Source: Candidatus Woesearchaeota archaeon
GTDB taxonomy: Archaea; Nanobdellota; Nanobdellia; Woesearchaeales; JABGUJ01
DNA: 64,000 nucleotides
Assembly (NCBI GenBank): GCA_018646625.1
Contig: JABGUJ010000002.1
Location: 164,843 to 228,842, forward strand
Direction of reading: 5' to 3'
The position numbers and the translations under genes were made by a program. The notes under the pieces are model-generated. The model had not been told where the DNA came from. It made no database searches and saw only the letters and a list, made by a program, of their open reading frames with translations. Positions 41,201-48,105 of the stretch are shown here, in pieces (position 1 is the first letter of the stretch; each line of letters begins with the position of its first letter).

Positions 41201-41751
41201 GATGCAAACTTATATCCATCAGTTGTGCAGTAGCAAGTCACGCCACCGCATTGAGAAATTGAATCTCCTAACGGAATTGTTGTGGCAGGTGAATTACTGT
41301 AAACACACAGTTTTGATTGTTCAGTCCCCGTACATCCCCATCCGTTGGCAGTACACATATCTTCAGTCCCATAATGACAATAATAACCAGATTCCAAATA
41401 CTCACCGCAGTCAGCCTCAGGAGTTGTATCTCGACCATAATATCTACATTTACAGCAATCAAAGGCACCATTTCCTGCACCAACCCAACTCAAAGTCCAC
41501 GCAGGCATACATATGTTGGTACCGGGAATACATTTAGGAGTATAGACATTGAAACAGGCATTATTACACTGTCCAGCAGGATCAGCAATGTACAAACAAT
41601 AGTTCGAATTATCCGGATCAACCATCGAAGAATCACAAGTAGTTCCTGATTGTATGCTGGTATGATACAAAGTTGCATTAACGCCAACACAAAGAATCAA
41701 AAGTACTATTGAGAACAAGAAAATACTAAGTACTTTTCGTGTTATATTCAT
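32257..41751 (-). CDS. Giant 3164-aa secreted Cys/Asp-rich protein with MopE-like metal-binding repeats and a thrombospondin type-3-like repeat
   Basis: Signal peptide; many DCDD.N..IYPGA.E.C.G.D.NCD..IDE units; DSDEDEIADDVDNC....DQLDQDEDGLGDACD; no C-terminal TM. Confidence 0.85.
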   Translation of the reverse strand: MNITRKVLSIFLFSIVLLILCVGVNATLYHTSIQSGTTCDSSMVDPDNSNYCLYIADPAGQCNNACFNVYTPKCIPGTNICMPAWTLSWVGAGNGAFDCCKCRYYGRDTTPEADCGEYLESGYYCHYGTEDMCTANGWGCTGTEQSKLCVYSNSPATTIPLGDSISQCGGVTCYCTTDGYKFASSTPSNEAECCSNDECDLAGAVVGQDPCNSNNCYTYCDNFQCKYIRKSGYTDCNGDSNCEPFYGIAPGNCFFDSQFENNLVSSGACDTNDGAICSSTEATGRDICLAESPITTYNNEQQSITLGMCIYDPGLDGIMTDCNDNNNACLKFSCNYNENCHHDIDGDGDKEECMTDGKWVDCTADWQCQDNEMCSNNDCVPETCTDKNDCNDANFCVEGLCKEHCDVLASSDTNGARCSDNYYSYTHPYSGMCSIGELDSNIDHCDKEEVAVGSIGKYMADCYTRNHAGDELRLCDNDAHPGFSPTGICSVTVSRAVLPSSYTQINCDPNEVCEDDLGVYRNDCSLCVDGDSCDKDVNPNDYLSASSLNADGICCGSGCVGSASSNCCSNDDCGAYACASYTCKTTCSSNADCADSSYFCLSGECVSCKEFESGLCSDGVDNDCDGYMDANDIDCKLTNGEVCTTDSDCKSNQCDLDFFGTKRCHSQNKCIYDSSGNEFSNGYEKCYNDEYYKSCTSGVWQSQVSCEKIIENEGCRTKFGSCTSGSVGKCSPPSYNVAAGTICIDEPFCRNGLVYTGKACDGSGYCSTQIGGTSCPPATCGIISGNVYEAKTQSTCSGGACTSQTTTSCGAYNCNGNICRTSCTQDSHCITDNNCIDNECSPCTASETFCDDGLDNDCDGDIDIVDSDCAGCSTSTPPGYSVLTISKTGLCPGHYFAANNCYYSYTGCKDTSTRRCYYEDIHYIYQDGYHAASPLNTFISDICYSGQGTCTDGEASSATGVSIRGNGYVDGGICYYGDMTCEPNNAQSGASCTMTSNTICDDDIACQSCDPYVRLNTAECRNSCVTDNHCVQDYQCVDGACSPCVDNDVDGYSTYGGDCGAKDCDDNNPNIYPGAQEVCNGVDENCDTLIDEMFIGSYIVRYCACIESNILEEDSPEKDPTDGGVLLNYIPSKVKYKGHAGNWYESPDSCYANILYEATCNNALFYGAGIPGYGPGSASKLISMICPLGCDTTSEGAHCIYDQDGDGFCNNLLSTSQNMNDYERCLLCTPNENPDCENEDYGTPVYDCDDSNSNINPDAVEVCANEIDDNCNGEVDEGCLVCTDVDLDEYSIQGGECGEVDCDDDNPNVYPGAQESCNDVDDDCDGFIDAKQMSSVGFGPFKLYYCDCTEDNLIEQNSPTINPHDTVSLIHIPSVTQYKDALGVSKQKEDVCTSPTAILEAACKNEPYFNDGTPGYGTGVPTSSEPLGLYNSCYLGCVPTDESAYCEYDIDDDGYCNLHLASSSVTTDYERCLLCTPDEDPDCENGEYGTPVYDCNDEDANVNQGMTEICSNDIDDNCNGEVDENCLSCTDIDDDGYSIEGGDCGTIDCNDNNPDIYPGAQEVCNGVDENCDTLIDEIIVGSYFVRYCACSESNSIEENSPIKYSDGGVSLSYIPSKALFNNHYGVPQQYADLCSDENFYESICNNNLFFGEGIPGYGPQDAATLHSRPCPFGCVTTSEGAHCVYDVDGDGYCNSFLSSSTTITDYERCLLCTPDDDPDCANEDYGTPVYDCDDNDPTVNENCLVCTDNDGDGYSIEGGDCGDIDCDDDNFNVNPGVSELTECNGVDEDCDDLVDTIFVGTDKVRYCACSELNNLEEYYANEYSLHGTTFKMIPSISRFVNSAGVIKEFTDNCFSSNSINEAKCGNHIYYPDGSPGYGPYAPGSFSVLPCNLGCVPTDAGAHCAYDLDGDGYCNENMGGKDYEKCIVCEPWQNPANCLNGNYDPVIYDCDDNDPTLNETCLICTDNDNDGYSIQGGECGDLDCNDDNDLVYPGAQETCNSLDDNCNDLVDEIGSIEYALTNACGGCGDTPVEACGGGDEDCDGLFDEIGSIEYALRNACDQCGPEPVEVCDDDDNDCDGEKDENLPLLDCYLDSDNDGYGSTLTQVCYDFCDVGYVTQDGDCDDSDAEISPSDSEICDGLDNDCDGDVDENLATMTCYTDSDGDEFGNINTAQSSCAGACAAGQVTIAGDCDDSNAQINLDAAEVCDGIDNNCKDGIDSDDYNMEMELCDNQQGECQGEEKTCLGAQGWEDCTGLLPAETICDDGLDNDCDGTLDYEGLNTLPNDEDCEVSLSGIEVSKLNPCPGETIEVYCTANAPNLDSIEIADDLGCTFVGWIEHSGEYRKKFECNSGDAGSTAVACYIDETMATEVPGTPIYVQTLTVGGGDCCSQNPLGNCANDPGCMVCELCEGDDSLRSRVGATEQTCTSISSCNSGFTCLKDVCGAECTESNTKTETCNNYCIDDFTLASMVSDDVVTCSADCTWPEATCDDNFDTTPCGQTTYTFNEKNMMCACLNTCSESGASASCNIDCDIDYTIDCSCFNGYFDSNNNYEDGCDCQKTHDPVAFDMGYTNYEDLACSQELPDCGLGDGVDNDCNGQVDETVLTDYDGDGSPDVSDCWPTDNTKGDYDFYKLGDPTDAYYIDLDDMHKYCYEIDDSWDMITNTEELWEYCVTDSSDPNYGMFVEQYHCVKECHDGVYDCDSCINPVIDVTLNDEDNDGVVDVCDVENDLDSCTDGLDNDADGVCDVAGCMIDGVEHPADPACDDMCNSCEECGTGFWNKCEDSECSYCGSKCNYVGTIFGECITDSDEDEIADDVDNCLLTQNTDQLDQDEDGLGDACDDCPINNKIPLVYTLSTTEYNNCTDGVDNDCNGVADCDDEICENAVACGGMGECTPDGDNALSSNKKQLCNKGEIYTCNAASPCEQHEVECNNEYQICQDQSESTIVYFCDSIAGNWTIAEDDAGKVCQSEEECAGETIWLDNPGKSKSEWKYACVINETGMDRDNSFEYCTNQGINIGNCEDLYDSYCWIDGSSHDNAPCCGDDESETWYITDQDNPRGCVDAEYINDADYAEGVCRIISEGGVLLANPCNNMGDTGCWRDDTSFGNYKKCCGDDGNKDTWQDGETDIITLLTSGMPSTCVQGNWFVADTGDDLVNYISLTRDD
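35866..38622 (-). repeat. Four tandem intragenic repeats of 217-247 codons
   Basis: Units start at 38622, 37908, 37167 and 36516 (C.D.D.D.YS..GG.CG) and share YC.C.E.N, IPS, PGYG, DYE.C..C.P and P..YDC.D. Confidence 0.85.
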
Positions 41752-41757
41752 TAGTTA

Positions 41758-42459
41758 TTACCTATTTCTAAGAGTGATTACGCACTCTTCTTTCACTTTC
41801 TCGTTTATAATTTGTTTACAAAGATCTACGTCTTCATCAAGAGATTTTGTGAGAAAGTAATGGTCTCTACAACCCGATACTAGTTTCTTAGGAATTTGAT
41901 CACAAAGATTTGGATCTTTGTTTATTGTAGCAAGTTGTGCTTGATATTTTTGTAAACATTCATCTTTAACTTGAGACTTGGGAATCTTCTCGCAAAGCAT
42001 TCTGTCGTTACTTTCGAGAGCTTTATTCATTAATATTTCTCCTTCACAGGTCATTCTGTTAACATTAGTGCAATGACGTATCTCTCGTGCTTCCGCATCT
42101 CCAAGACCAAGAGCTTCATATTTATCTACCGTGGTTAAGGTATTAACAGTTGTCGCAGCAGTTTGTACTTGCACATCACTACCCCCAGTAAGTTGGAGTG
42201 TAGCTATAAGAATGACATTGAATACGAGAGAGATAACTAATAGAATCATAAATGCTTTTCGCGCAATGTTGTGATCTCCAGAAGATTGTTTTGCAGTCTG
42301 AGCTTCAGAATGTGCAGTTTTAAGGTATTCTTCAATCTCAGCAGGATCATAACCAGAATTGTAAAGTTGTTTTCGTATTTGATCATCAAAGAATCCGCTT
42401 TTTTCTTCTTGTTCTATGAAATCAATAATCCTTCGTTTAGTATTATCTTTAGCAGCCAT
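41758..42459 (-). CDS. Single-TM protein with N-terminal helical domain and extracellular Cys repeats
   Basis: IRKQLYNSGY...IEE; TM; LC.KIP....C repeats; ATG 42459 after GGGG SD. Confidence 0.7.
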   Translation of the reverse strand: MAAKDNTKRRIIDFIEQEEKSGFFDDQIRKQLYNSGYDPAEIEEYLKTAHSEAQTAKQSSGDHNIARKAFMILLVISLVFNVILIATLQLTGGSDVQVQTAATTVNTLTTVDKYEALGLGDAEAREIRHCTNVNRMTCEGEILMNKALESNDRMLCEKIPKSQVKDECLQKYQAQLATINKDPNLCDQIPKKLVSGCRDHYFLTKSLDEDVDLCKQIINEKVKEECVITLRNR

Positions 42460-42619
42460 GTTAAAACCCCAGATAAAGGAAAGCAAGAGCTAGCCTAGAT
42501 TGGCCTAACTTATAGAAGCATGTACCCTCTTTTATTATGCTCTACACCCCTTTTTTAAGCTTAATTTATAAATTCAAAGAAGATTGGTTTATAAATGTTT
42601 TGATTGAATAGAATAAGAA

Positions 42620-43195
42620 TTACCTGACAAAAATATTGTGTTTCTCGAGGCCTTTTAGTTCCTGCATTACCCTCTTAATTATTGCTTTTGTTGGGTCCGG
42701 CATGAGCTTGACTCTCTTTCTCAAATCTTCAAATGATTCAAAAACAGTTTCGTCTCTTTGTTCTAGAATTTCCCACATGTGTTTCTTTCCTAATCCAGGT
42801 AAGAGCTCTAGTTGATGCATCCTCATAGTAAGAGGTTGCGCTTTATTGAAGAATTCTACAAAGAAAGGTTCATTCTTGACAACCAAATCCTTGACAACGT
42901 ATTCCAGCTCAGCTTTTGCTGTTGAAGTTAGTTTTTCGTAAGTCAACTTACCAGAAATGTGGTGAATTTGATCTCGCTTACCTTCGCCAACGTAAACTTC
43001 GGCTAAAGGTTGTAGAAAAACTTCTTTTTTAGGAACTAATTCTAGAAGTGTGAATTTTGAAGAACCGATACCTTGAACAATTGCAGTCTTTTTATGACTA
43101 GGACGCTTGTCGTAAGAATAACCATTTGGCAGAAAGTCTAGTACAACTACTATCTCCTCTCTCTTCTCGAGACTTTCCTGCGGTTGATCCATCAT
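42620..43195 (-). CDS. DUF655 family putative nucleic-acid-binding protein
   Basis: VLDFLPNG, FTLLELVP, FFNKAQPLTMRMHQLELLPGLGKK; conserved position after rpo4. Confidence 0.92.
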   Translation of the reverse strand: MMDQPQESLEKREEIVVVLDFLPNGYSYDKRPSHKKTAIVQGIGSSKFTLLELVPKKEVFLQPLAEVYVGEGKRDQIHHISGKLTYEKLTSTAKAELEYVVKDLVVKNEPFFVEFFNKAQPLTMRMHQLELLPGLGKKHMWEILEQRDETVFESFEDLRKRVKLMPDPTKAIIKRVMQELKGLEKHNIFVR

Positions 43196-43698
43196 TCTTC
43201 TTTTTTCTCTTCAGGTTGTTCTTCTTTAACATCTTCTTGAGGCGTCTCCTCTGTTGTTTCTTCAGCTGTTACTTCCTCAGCAACAGTTTCTTCCTCTTTT
43301 TTCTCTTCTTCCTCTTTTATGACTTTGTGCTTTTTTCTTGCTTCTTCAGCCTTTTCAGCGTAAGGTTTGATAACGTCAGCAAGCTTCTGAGCACTTTCGT
43401 TTGTAACCGAAACAGTGTATCCTTGCAATATCAATTTTACTTCCTCTGGCGTTGGAGGCAAAATGTCTACAAGTTTTGTTATGTGAATATCTTTTAATCT
43501 TGACACACCTAATCCTTCTAAACCTTTGCAAAGCTCGTCATTATCTTTCTTAGTTAACAAAGGAAATTGATTTAGGTATTCTTCCGTTTTATTTGCTCTG
43601 TAATTTAGTTCTTCATCCCTTTTCTTAATTTTGTTTAGCTCTTTCTTTAAGTGAACCATTGAAATGGGTTGTTCTGAAACTACTTCTGGTTTTGACAT
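43192..43698 (-). CDS. rpo4: RNA polymerase subunit Rpo4 (RpoF) with acidic C-terminal extension
   Basis: ELNYRANKTEEYL, KLVDILP...EEVKLIL; lies between rpl21e and DUF655. Confidence 0.85.
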   Translation of the reverse strand: MSKPEVVSEQPISMVHLKKELNKIKKRDEELNYRANKTEEYLNQFPLLTKKDNDELCKGLEGLGVSRLKDIHITKLVDILPPTPEEVKLILQGYTVSVTNESAQKLADVIKPYAEKAEEARKKHKVIKEEEEKKEEETVAEEVTAEETTEETPQEDVKEEQPEEKKEE

Positions 43699-43738
43699 CT
43701 TTTAAATCCTCCTCGTTATCCCCCAATAAAAAATAAAA

Positions 43739-44029
43739 TTATAATTTTCGAAGATGTACCGGGTGTACAATAAAGGTCTTCTCCTTGTTTCCGTCTCTGG
43801 CTTCAACAAGATAACAACTACCTCTTCTGCCTTTGACTAGACCACTACCACCGTGAAATCTTCTAGGATACATACCACCTTGAATCGCAGGTTCTGCTTT
43901 AAAACAAACTCTAACTCCTGGTTCGAGTTCTTGGAAAAATCTGCTTATGCTGATCTTACCTTTTTGACGCCTACTCTTCTGTAGCTTATGTCTTGTTTTC
44001 CTTCTGCTTCCGCCTACTCTATCTACCAT
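43739..44029 (-). CDS. rpl21e: 50S ribosomal protein L21e
   Basis: RRKTRHKL, GMYPRRFHG, VHPVHL. Confidence 0.95.
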   Translation of the reverse strand: MVDRVGGSRRKTRHKLQKSRRQKGKISISRFFQELEPGVRVCFKAEPAIQGGMYPRRFHGGSGLVKGRRGSCYLVEARDGNKEKTFIVHPVHLRKL

Positions 44030-44204
44030 GTTTCATCACTTTTTTTCTCCTATTTGAACTATATAAATATGACTACTGCAATCGAAGTTAAATCACTATT
44101 ATAAAAACCTTGCGGTTAGCGCTCAGAAGGCAATATAAAGCGTTTTGGACTACTCTCAAATAATTAATTAATAGAAACATTTAAATAGCTGACTTATTTC
44201 TATT

Positions 44205-44238
44205 TTAGTTAGAACTAAGTTAGATTTAGTCTAATTAG
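44205..44238. promoter_or_regulatory. TTAG/CTAA inverted-repeat cluster just downstream of the sepF TATA box
   Basis: TTAGTT-ag-AACTAA, TTAGA-tttag-TCTAA, CTAATTAG; AAACATTTAAATA at ~44175-44187. Confidence 0.35.
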
Positions 44239-44270
44239 GGGTTAAAACTCATCAAAAGGAGGGGCATAAT

Positions 44271-44720
44271 ATGAAGAACTTTTTTAATAAGGTCAAAAGT
44301 AAAATAGGGGGTGCTCCTGAGGACGATTATATGATTCCACAGGAAGAAGATGAGGGCTACGTTGAAATTTCTCCAACATCATCCGCATCAAGCGCAGGAT
44401 CTAAGGTTATTGTGAGACCATTCATGCTTACTGACTTTGCAGACACTAAACCAATTCTAGATTCATTAAGAGAAGGTTATACTATTGCTTTAGTAAACAT
44501 TAAACCTCTTAAAGATAAGGATTTAGTTGAGCTTAAAAGATCAATTAACAAGTTAAAGAAGACTTGTGACGCAATTGATGGTGATATTGCAGGTTTTGGA
44601 GAAGATTGGATAACTATTTGTCCATCATTCGCACAAATTCACAGGGAAGCTCCTGAAGAAGTTTATCAAGGTTCACCACAGCCAACTTCAAGAGATACTA
44701 ATAACTTTGAAACTTATTAA
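44271..44720 (+). CDS. sepF: Cell division protein SepF (archaeal type)
   Basis: ILDSLREG..IALVNI..L..D..ELKRSINKLK......GDIAG; adjacent to ZPR1. Confidence 0.88.
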   Translation: MKNFFNKVKSKIGGAPEDDYMIPQEEDEGYVEISPTSSASSAGSKVIVRPFMLTDFADTKPILDSLREGYTIALVNIKPLKDKDLVELKRSINKLKKTCDAIDGDIAGFGEDWITICPSFAQIHREAPEEVYQGSPQPTSRDTNNFETY

Positions 44721-44789
44721 TTTTTTATTTTTTTACTTCATCTTTATTCTTTAGAAAGTTATTTAAACTTTTTTTATTTCTATAATATT

Positions 44790-45326
44790 ATGGCTGATTC
44801 AGAACCCGATATACTAACAGAACAAGATTGTCCATTTTGTCATAAAAAGACTTTGACAATGATGGAACAAGAAAGAGAAGTTCCTTATTTTGGAAAGGTG
44901 TTTGTATTTTCTATGGATTGTTCTAGTGATGGGTGTAATTATCATAAAGCAGATATTGAATGTGCAGAGACACATGAACCTTCTAAGTATGTTTTAGAAG
45001 TCACTTCTGAAGAAGACATGAAAGTAAGAGTAGTTAGATCGTCTCAAGCAACTATTAAAATCCCTAGAATCGCAACAATAACTCCAGGGCCTGCATCTAA
45101 TGGATACATTACAAATGTTGAAGGAATCTTGAATAGAATTAAAGTTCAAACAGAAAAATTAAGAGACGAAGCAGATAGTCCAGAGGAACGGAAAAAGGCC
45201 AAGAATATGGTTAAGAAATTACAGAAAATAATGTGGGGAGAAGATTCAATAAAAATAACTATTGAAGATCCTACAGGTAATAGCGCTATAATCTCTGAGA
45301 AGGCTGTAAAGTCGAAGATGAAATAA
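44790..45326 (+). CDS. ZPR1 zinc finger domain protein
   Basis: CPFC, VPYFG, VVRSS.ATIKIP, PGPASNGYITNVEG, IEDPTGNSAI. Confidence 0.92.
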   Translation: MADSEPDILTEQDCPFCHKKTLTMMEQEREVPYFGKVFVFSMDCSSDGCNYHKADIECAETHEPSKYVLEVTSEEDMKVRVVRSSQATIKIPRIATITPGPASNGYITNVEGILNRIKVQTEKLRDEADSPEERKKAKNMVKKLQKIMWGEDSIKITIEDPTGNSAIISEKAVKSKMK

Positions 45327-46254
45327 GGATTCCTTGTGCAGATACTTCTCCTAATTCTTTGAATTGTTTTCCGTCGGCTTGTGGTTTTCTAAACCATTTA
45401 TATTTCGTAACAGATGATGCGTCAGGTTGTGCAATTGAGATTCTATAACCGTTTCTTTGCGGTTTAATTCTATACGTAACATAATCCCCTTGTACAATTG
45501 CATCCTTTAATGTTCCTTGACCATTACACTCAAAGACATATATTCCACTCAGACCAAATGTTTTTGAAGAATGGCAATCAGATCCAGCAAAAAGTGCGAA
45601 TGGATCTAGATTTCTCGCCACATTAAGCACGGCTCGCGCATTATCAGATGTGAACGCTCTATTACCGCTAGTTAGTTCAAGATGTATCTTACCTTCTAGA
45701 CCCCAGTCTTCAAAAAGATAAGGTCTTTTTTTAGGAAGTTGATCAATGTATGCTCTGAGTTTATCTTCACGTTTAACATTAGGAACTAATCCTTCGGTTC
45801 TTGAGAATAATAAACCACCGTAAGCACAAGGGTGAGGAAGATTAACTATTGCGTTATGTTCTGAATAGAATTCTAAGACATCAATTGGGTGAGGTCTTGA
45901 CAATGGTTTCTCGAAGAAAGAGTAATCATCAAGAAAGTTTGATATATCATTAGGATCTAAGAAAAGACCAATCATGTGACCAAATAAAGATGAGATTTCA
46001 ACGCCTTGAACTGTGGGCTGGCCATTGTATCTTGGAGCCATGTTGTGCTCTGTCAAAGCCATGTAAGATAATCCTAATCGTTTTCGACATGCTCTAGCAG
46101 CGCTCATCCTGTCAGCCCATCTAACATCTTCAACATCCATAGAAGATAAATGCACATGCGGATCAAACGGAGATCCTTTTTTTCCAGTTGCAAGTCTAAG
46201 CAACATTTTAACTAATCCGTTGTTACCGTTTTTTCTATGCTTCAACCACGTCAC
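45286..46254 (-). CDS. Divergent PHP-domain protein
   Basis: DPHVH, TEHN, GVEISS..GHM, PHP, GSDCH; start uncertain. Confidence 0.75.
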   Translation of the reverse strand: MTWLKHRKNGNNGLVKMLLRLATGKKGSPFDPHVHLSSMDVEDVRWADRMSAARACRKRLGLSYMALTEHNMAPRYNGQPTVQGVEISSLFGHMIGLFLDPNDISNFLDDYSFFEKPLSRPHPIDVLEFYSEHNAIVNLPHPCAYGGLLFSRTEGLVPNVKREDKLRAYIDQLPKKRPYLFEDWGLEGKIHLELTSGNRAFTSDNARAVLNVARNLDPFALFAGSDCHSSKTFGLSGIYVFECNGQGTLKDAIVQGDYVTYRIKPQRNGYRISIAQPDASSVTKYKWFRKPQADGKQFKELGEVSAQGILISSSTLQPSQRL

Positions 46255-46413
46255 CCAAGTATCTCTAATAAGAAGAATCGAGCTAATAATATCCCAACCA
46301 ATGCCCTCCTATCAAAAATTAAGTAAATAGTTAATATATAAACGTTTATAGTCTGTGTAAGTAGTGACTTATCTTCGATAATTTTATTAAGATTGTAACT
46401 TAGTTCTGCAAGT

Positions 46414-47169
46414 ATGGTTAAAATTGGAATAATTGGTGGTTCTGGATTAGATGATCCTAAGTTGATAGAGGATCCTAAAGATGTTGAAGTTGATACGCCT
46501 TATGGAAAACCTTCTTCTCCGTTAAAGTGTGGAAAAATAAAGGGAGTAGATGTTGTTATTCTTGCAAGACATGGAAGAAAACATACAATACCTCCAACTC
46601 AAGTTAACAATCGTGCAAACATTCATGCGTTAAAGGAAACAGGATGTACACATATTATTGTTACGACAGCATGCGGAAGTTTGAGAGAAAAAATTGGTCG
46701 AGGAGACTTTGTTGTGCTAGATCAGTTTATTGATTTTACAAAGAAAAGAGAATATACGTTCCATGATGAATTTAAGGATGGAGAAATGGCGCACTGTCCA
46801 ATGGCAGAACCGTTTTCTAAAGAACTTAGAACAACATTAATTGATTGTTGTAAAGAGTTAGAATTAAAATTTCACGAGAAAGGAACTGTGATTACAATTG
46901 AAGGTCCAAGGTTTTCTACAAAAGCAGAGAGCCACATGTTTAGAGCGTGGGGTGCAGACGTTATTAACATGAGTATTGCGCCGGAGTGCGTGTTGGCAAA
47001 CGAGATTGGCTTACCTTATGCCGCTGTAGCGATGTCAACAGATTATGATTGTTGGAAAGAAAACGAAGCACCAGTTACGTGGGAAGCAGTATTAGAAATC
47101 TTCAAAGAGAATGTTAGTAAAGTTACTAAGCTGTTAGTGGCAACTATTGAAAAAGTAGGTGATAAGTAA
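46414..47169 (+). CDS. mtnP: S-methyl-5'-thioadenosine phosphorylase
   Basis: IGIIGGSG, TPYG, ARHG..H..PP, DQFID, EGPRFST.AES, STDYDCW. Confidence 0.93.
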   Translation: MVKIGIIGGSGLDDPKLIEDPKDVEVDTPYGKPSSPLKCGKIKGVDVVILARHGRKHTIPPTQVNNRANIHALKETGCTHIIVTTACGSLREKIGRGDFVVLDQFIDFTKKREYTFHDEFKDGEMAHCPMAEPFSKELRTTLIDCCKELELKFHEKGTVITIEGPRFSTKAESHMFRAWGADVINMSIAPECVLANEIGLPYAAVAMSTDYDCWKENEAPVTWEAVLEIFKENVSKVTKLLVATIEKVGDK

Positions 47170-47700
47170 ATGTCAGATATAAAATCAAAAATTAGGACAG
47201 TACCTAACTGGCCAAAAGAAGGAATAATGTTTAGAGATATTACAACTTTGATAAAAGATCCTGAAGGATTAAAGTTGAGCGTTGATGATTTTGTTGCAAG
47301 ATATAAAGAAATGAATATCGATGTTGTTGTCGGCATAGATTCTCGAGGTTTTATTATGGGTGGCGCGATTGCTTATTTGCTTAACAAAGGTTTTGTACCT
47401 GTGAGAAAGAAAGGTAAATTGCCTGCAGAAACTGAGAGCGTAGAGTATGAACTGGAGTATGGTACAGATTGTGTGGAAATTCATAAAGATGCAATCTCAC
47501 AAGGGCAGAGAGTGGTTATTGTTGATGATTTAATTGCAACAGGTGGAACGGCATTAGCGGCTGCAGAGTTAGTTAAGAAACTTGGTGGCGAGATTGTTGA
47601 GTTTGCATTTGTAGTTGACTTGCCAGATGTTGGCGGAAGTAAGAAGTTAAAGAATGCAGGATTACCTTATTATGCACAAACTGTTTTTGAGGGCGATTAG
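47170..47700 (+). CDS. apt: Adenine phosphoribosyltransferase (bacterial type)
   Basis: WPKEGIMFRDIT, SRGF, RKKGKLP, YELEYG, VDDLIATGGT. Confidence 0.95.
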   Translation: MSDIKSKIRTVPNWPKEGIMFRDITTLIKDPEGLKLSVDDFVARYKEMNIDVVVGIDSRGFIMGGAIAYLLNKGFVPVRKKGKLPAETESVEYELEYGTDCVEIHKDAISQGQRVVIVDDLIATGGTALAAAELVKKLGGEIVEFAFVVDLPDVGGSKKLKNAGLPYYAQTVFEGD

Positions 47701-48105
47701 ATGGAAGATCATCCTTGGATTGGTATAGATGCAATCATTCTTAGTGAAGACAAAAGTAAAGTTTTGTTGATTAAACGAGGCTCTAAAGCGTACAATGGTT
47801 ATTGGGGTTTTATTTCTGGGAAAGTTGAATGGGGAGAAGAGATTAAAGAGACAGTGATTAGAGAAGTTAAAGAAGAGACAAATCTGGATGTTATTGATGT
47901 TAAGTTTATTGGTAGATATTATGATAAAAAAGGAAGACATCCTACTAAGACCATGATTTGCCTACCACATTTTTGTACAGTTAAGGGCGAGTTGAAGGCT
48001 GGCGACGATGCAGTAGATGCTAAATGGGTTAGTTTAGAAGAAATTAAAAATATGGATTTAGCTTTTGATCATAAACAAATGTTAATAGATGAGAAATTAC
48101 TTTGA
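47701..48105 (+). CDS. NUDIX hydrolase
   Basis: GKVEWGEEIKETVIREVKEETNL, AGDDA, LAFDH. Confidence 0.9.
   Translation: MEDHPWIGIDAIILSEDKSKVLLIKRGSKAYNGYWGFISGKVEWGEEIKETVIREVKEETNLDVIDVKFIGRYYDKKGRHPTKTMICLPHFCTVKGELKAGDDAVDAKWVSLEEIKNMDLAFDHKQMLIDEKLL

Noticed and set aside
32922..41690. Many His/Ile-rich short ORFs on the + strand and in alternative frames
   Set aside because: Shadow ORFs produced by the GAT/TGT-rich codons of the giant gene
32257..41751. Diversity-generating retroelement or CRISPR-like repeats in the giant gene
   Set aside because: Repeats are in-frame protein repeats with differences at all bases, not adenine-specific; no reverse transcriptase, cas gene or repeat-spacer periodicity in the window
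46251..46310. SD-like AGGAGG upstream of the third PHP gene suggesting a 16-aa leader peptide or an ATT start
   Set aside because: SD spacing of only 2-3 nt to either candidate start; cannot be distinguished from chance
46414..48105. mtnP-apt-NUDIX zero-gap operon as a novel system
   Set aside because: Explained by ordinary adenine salvage
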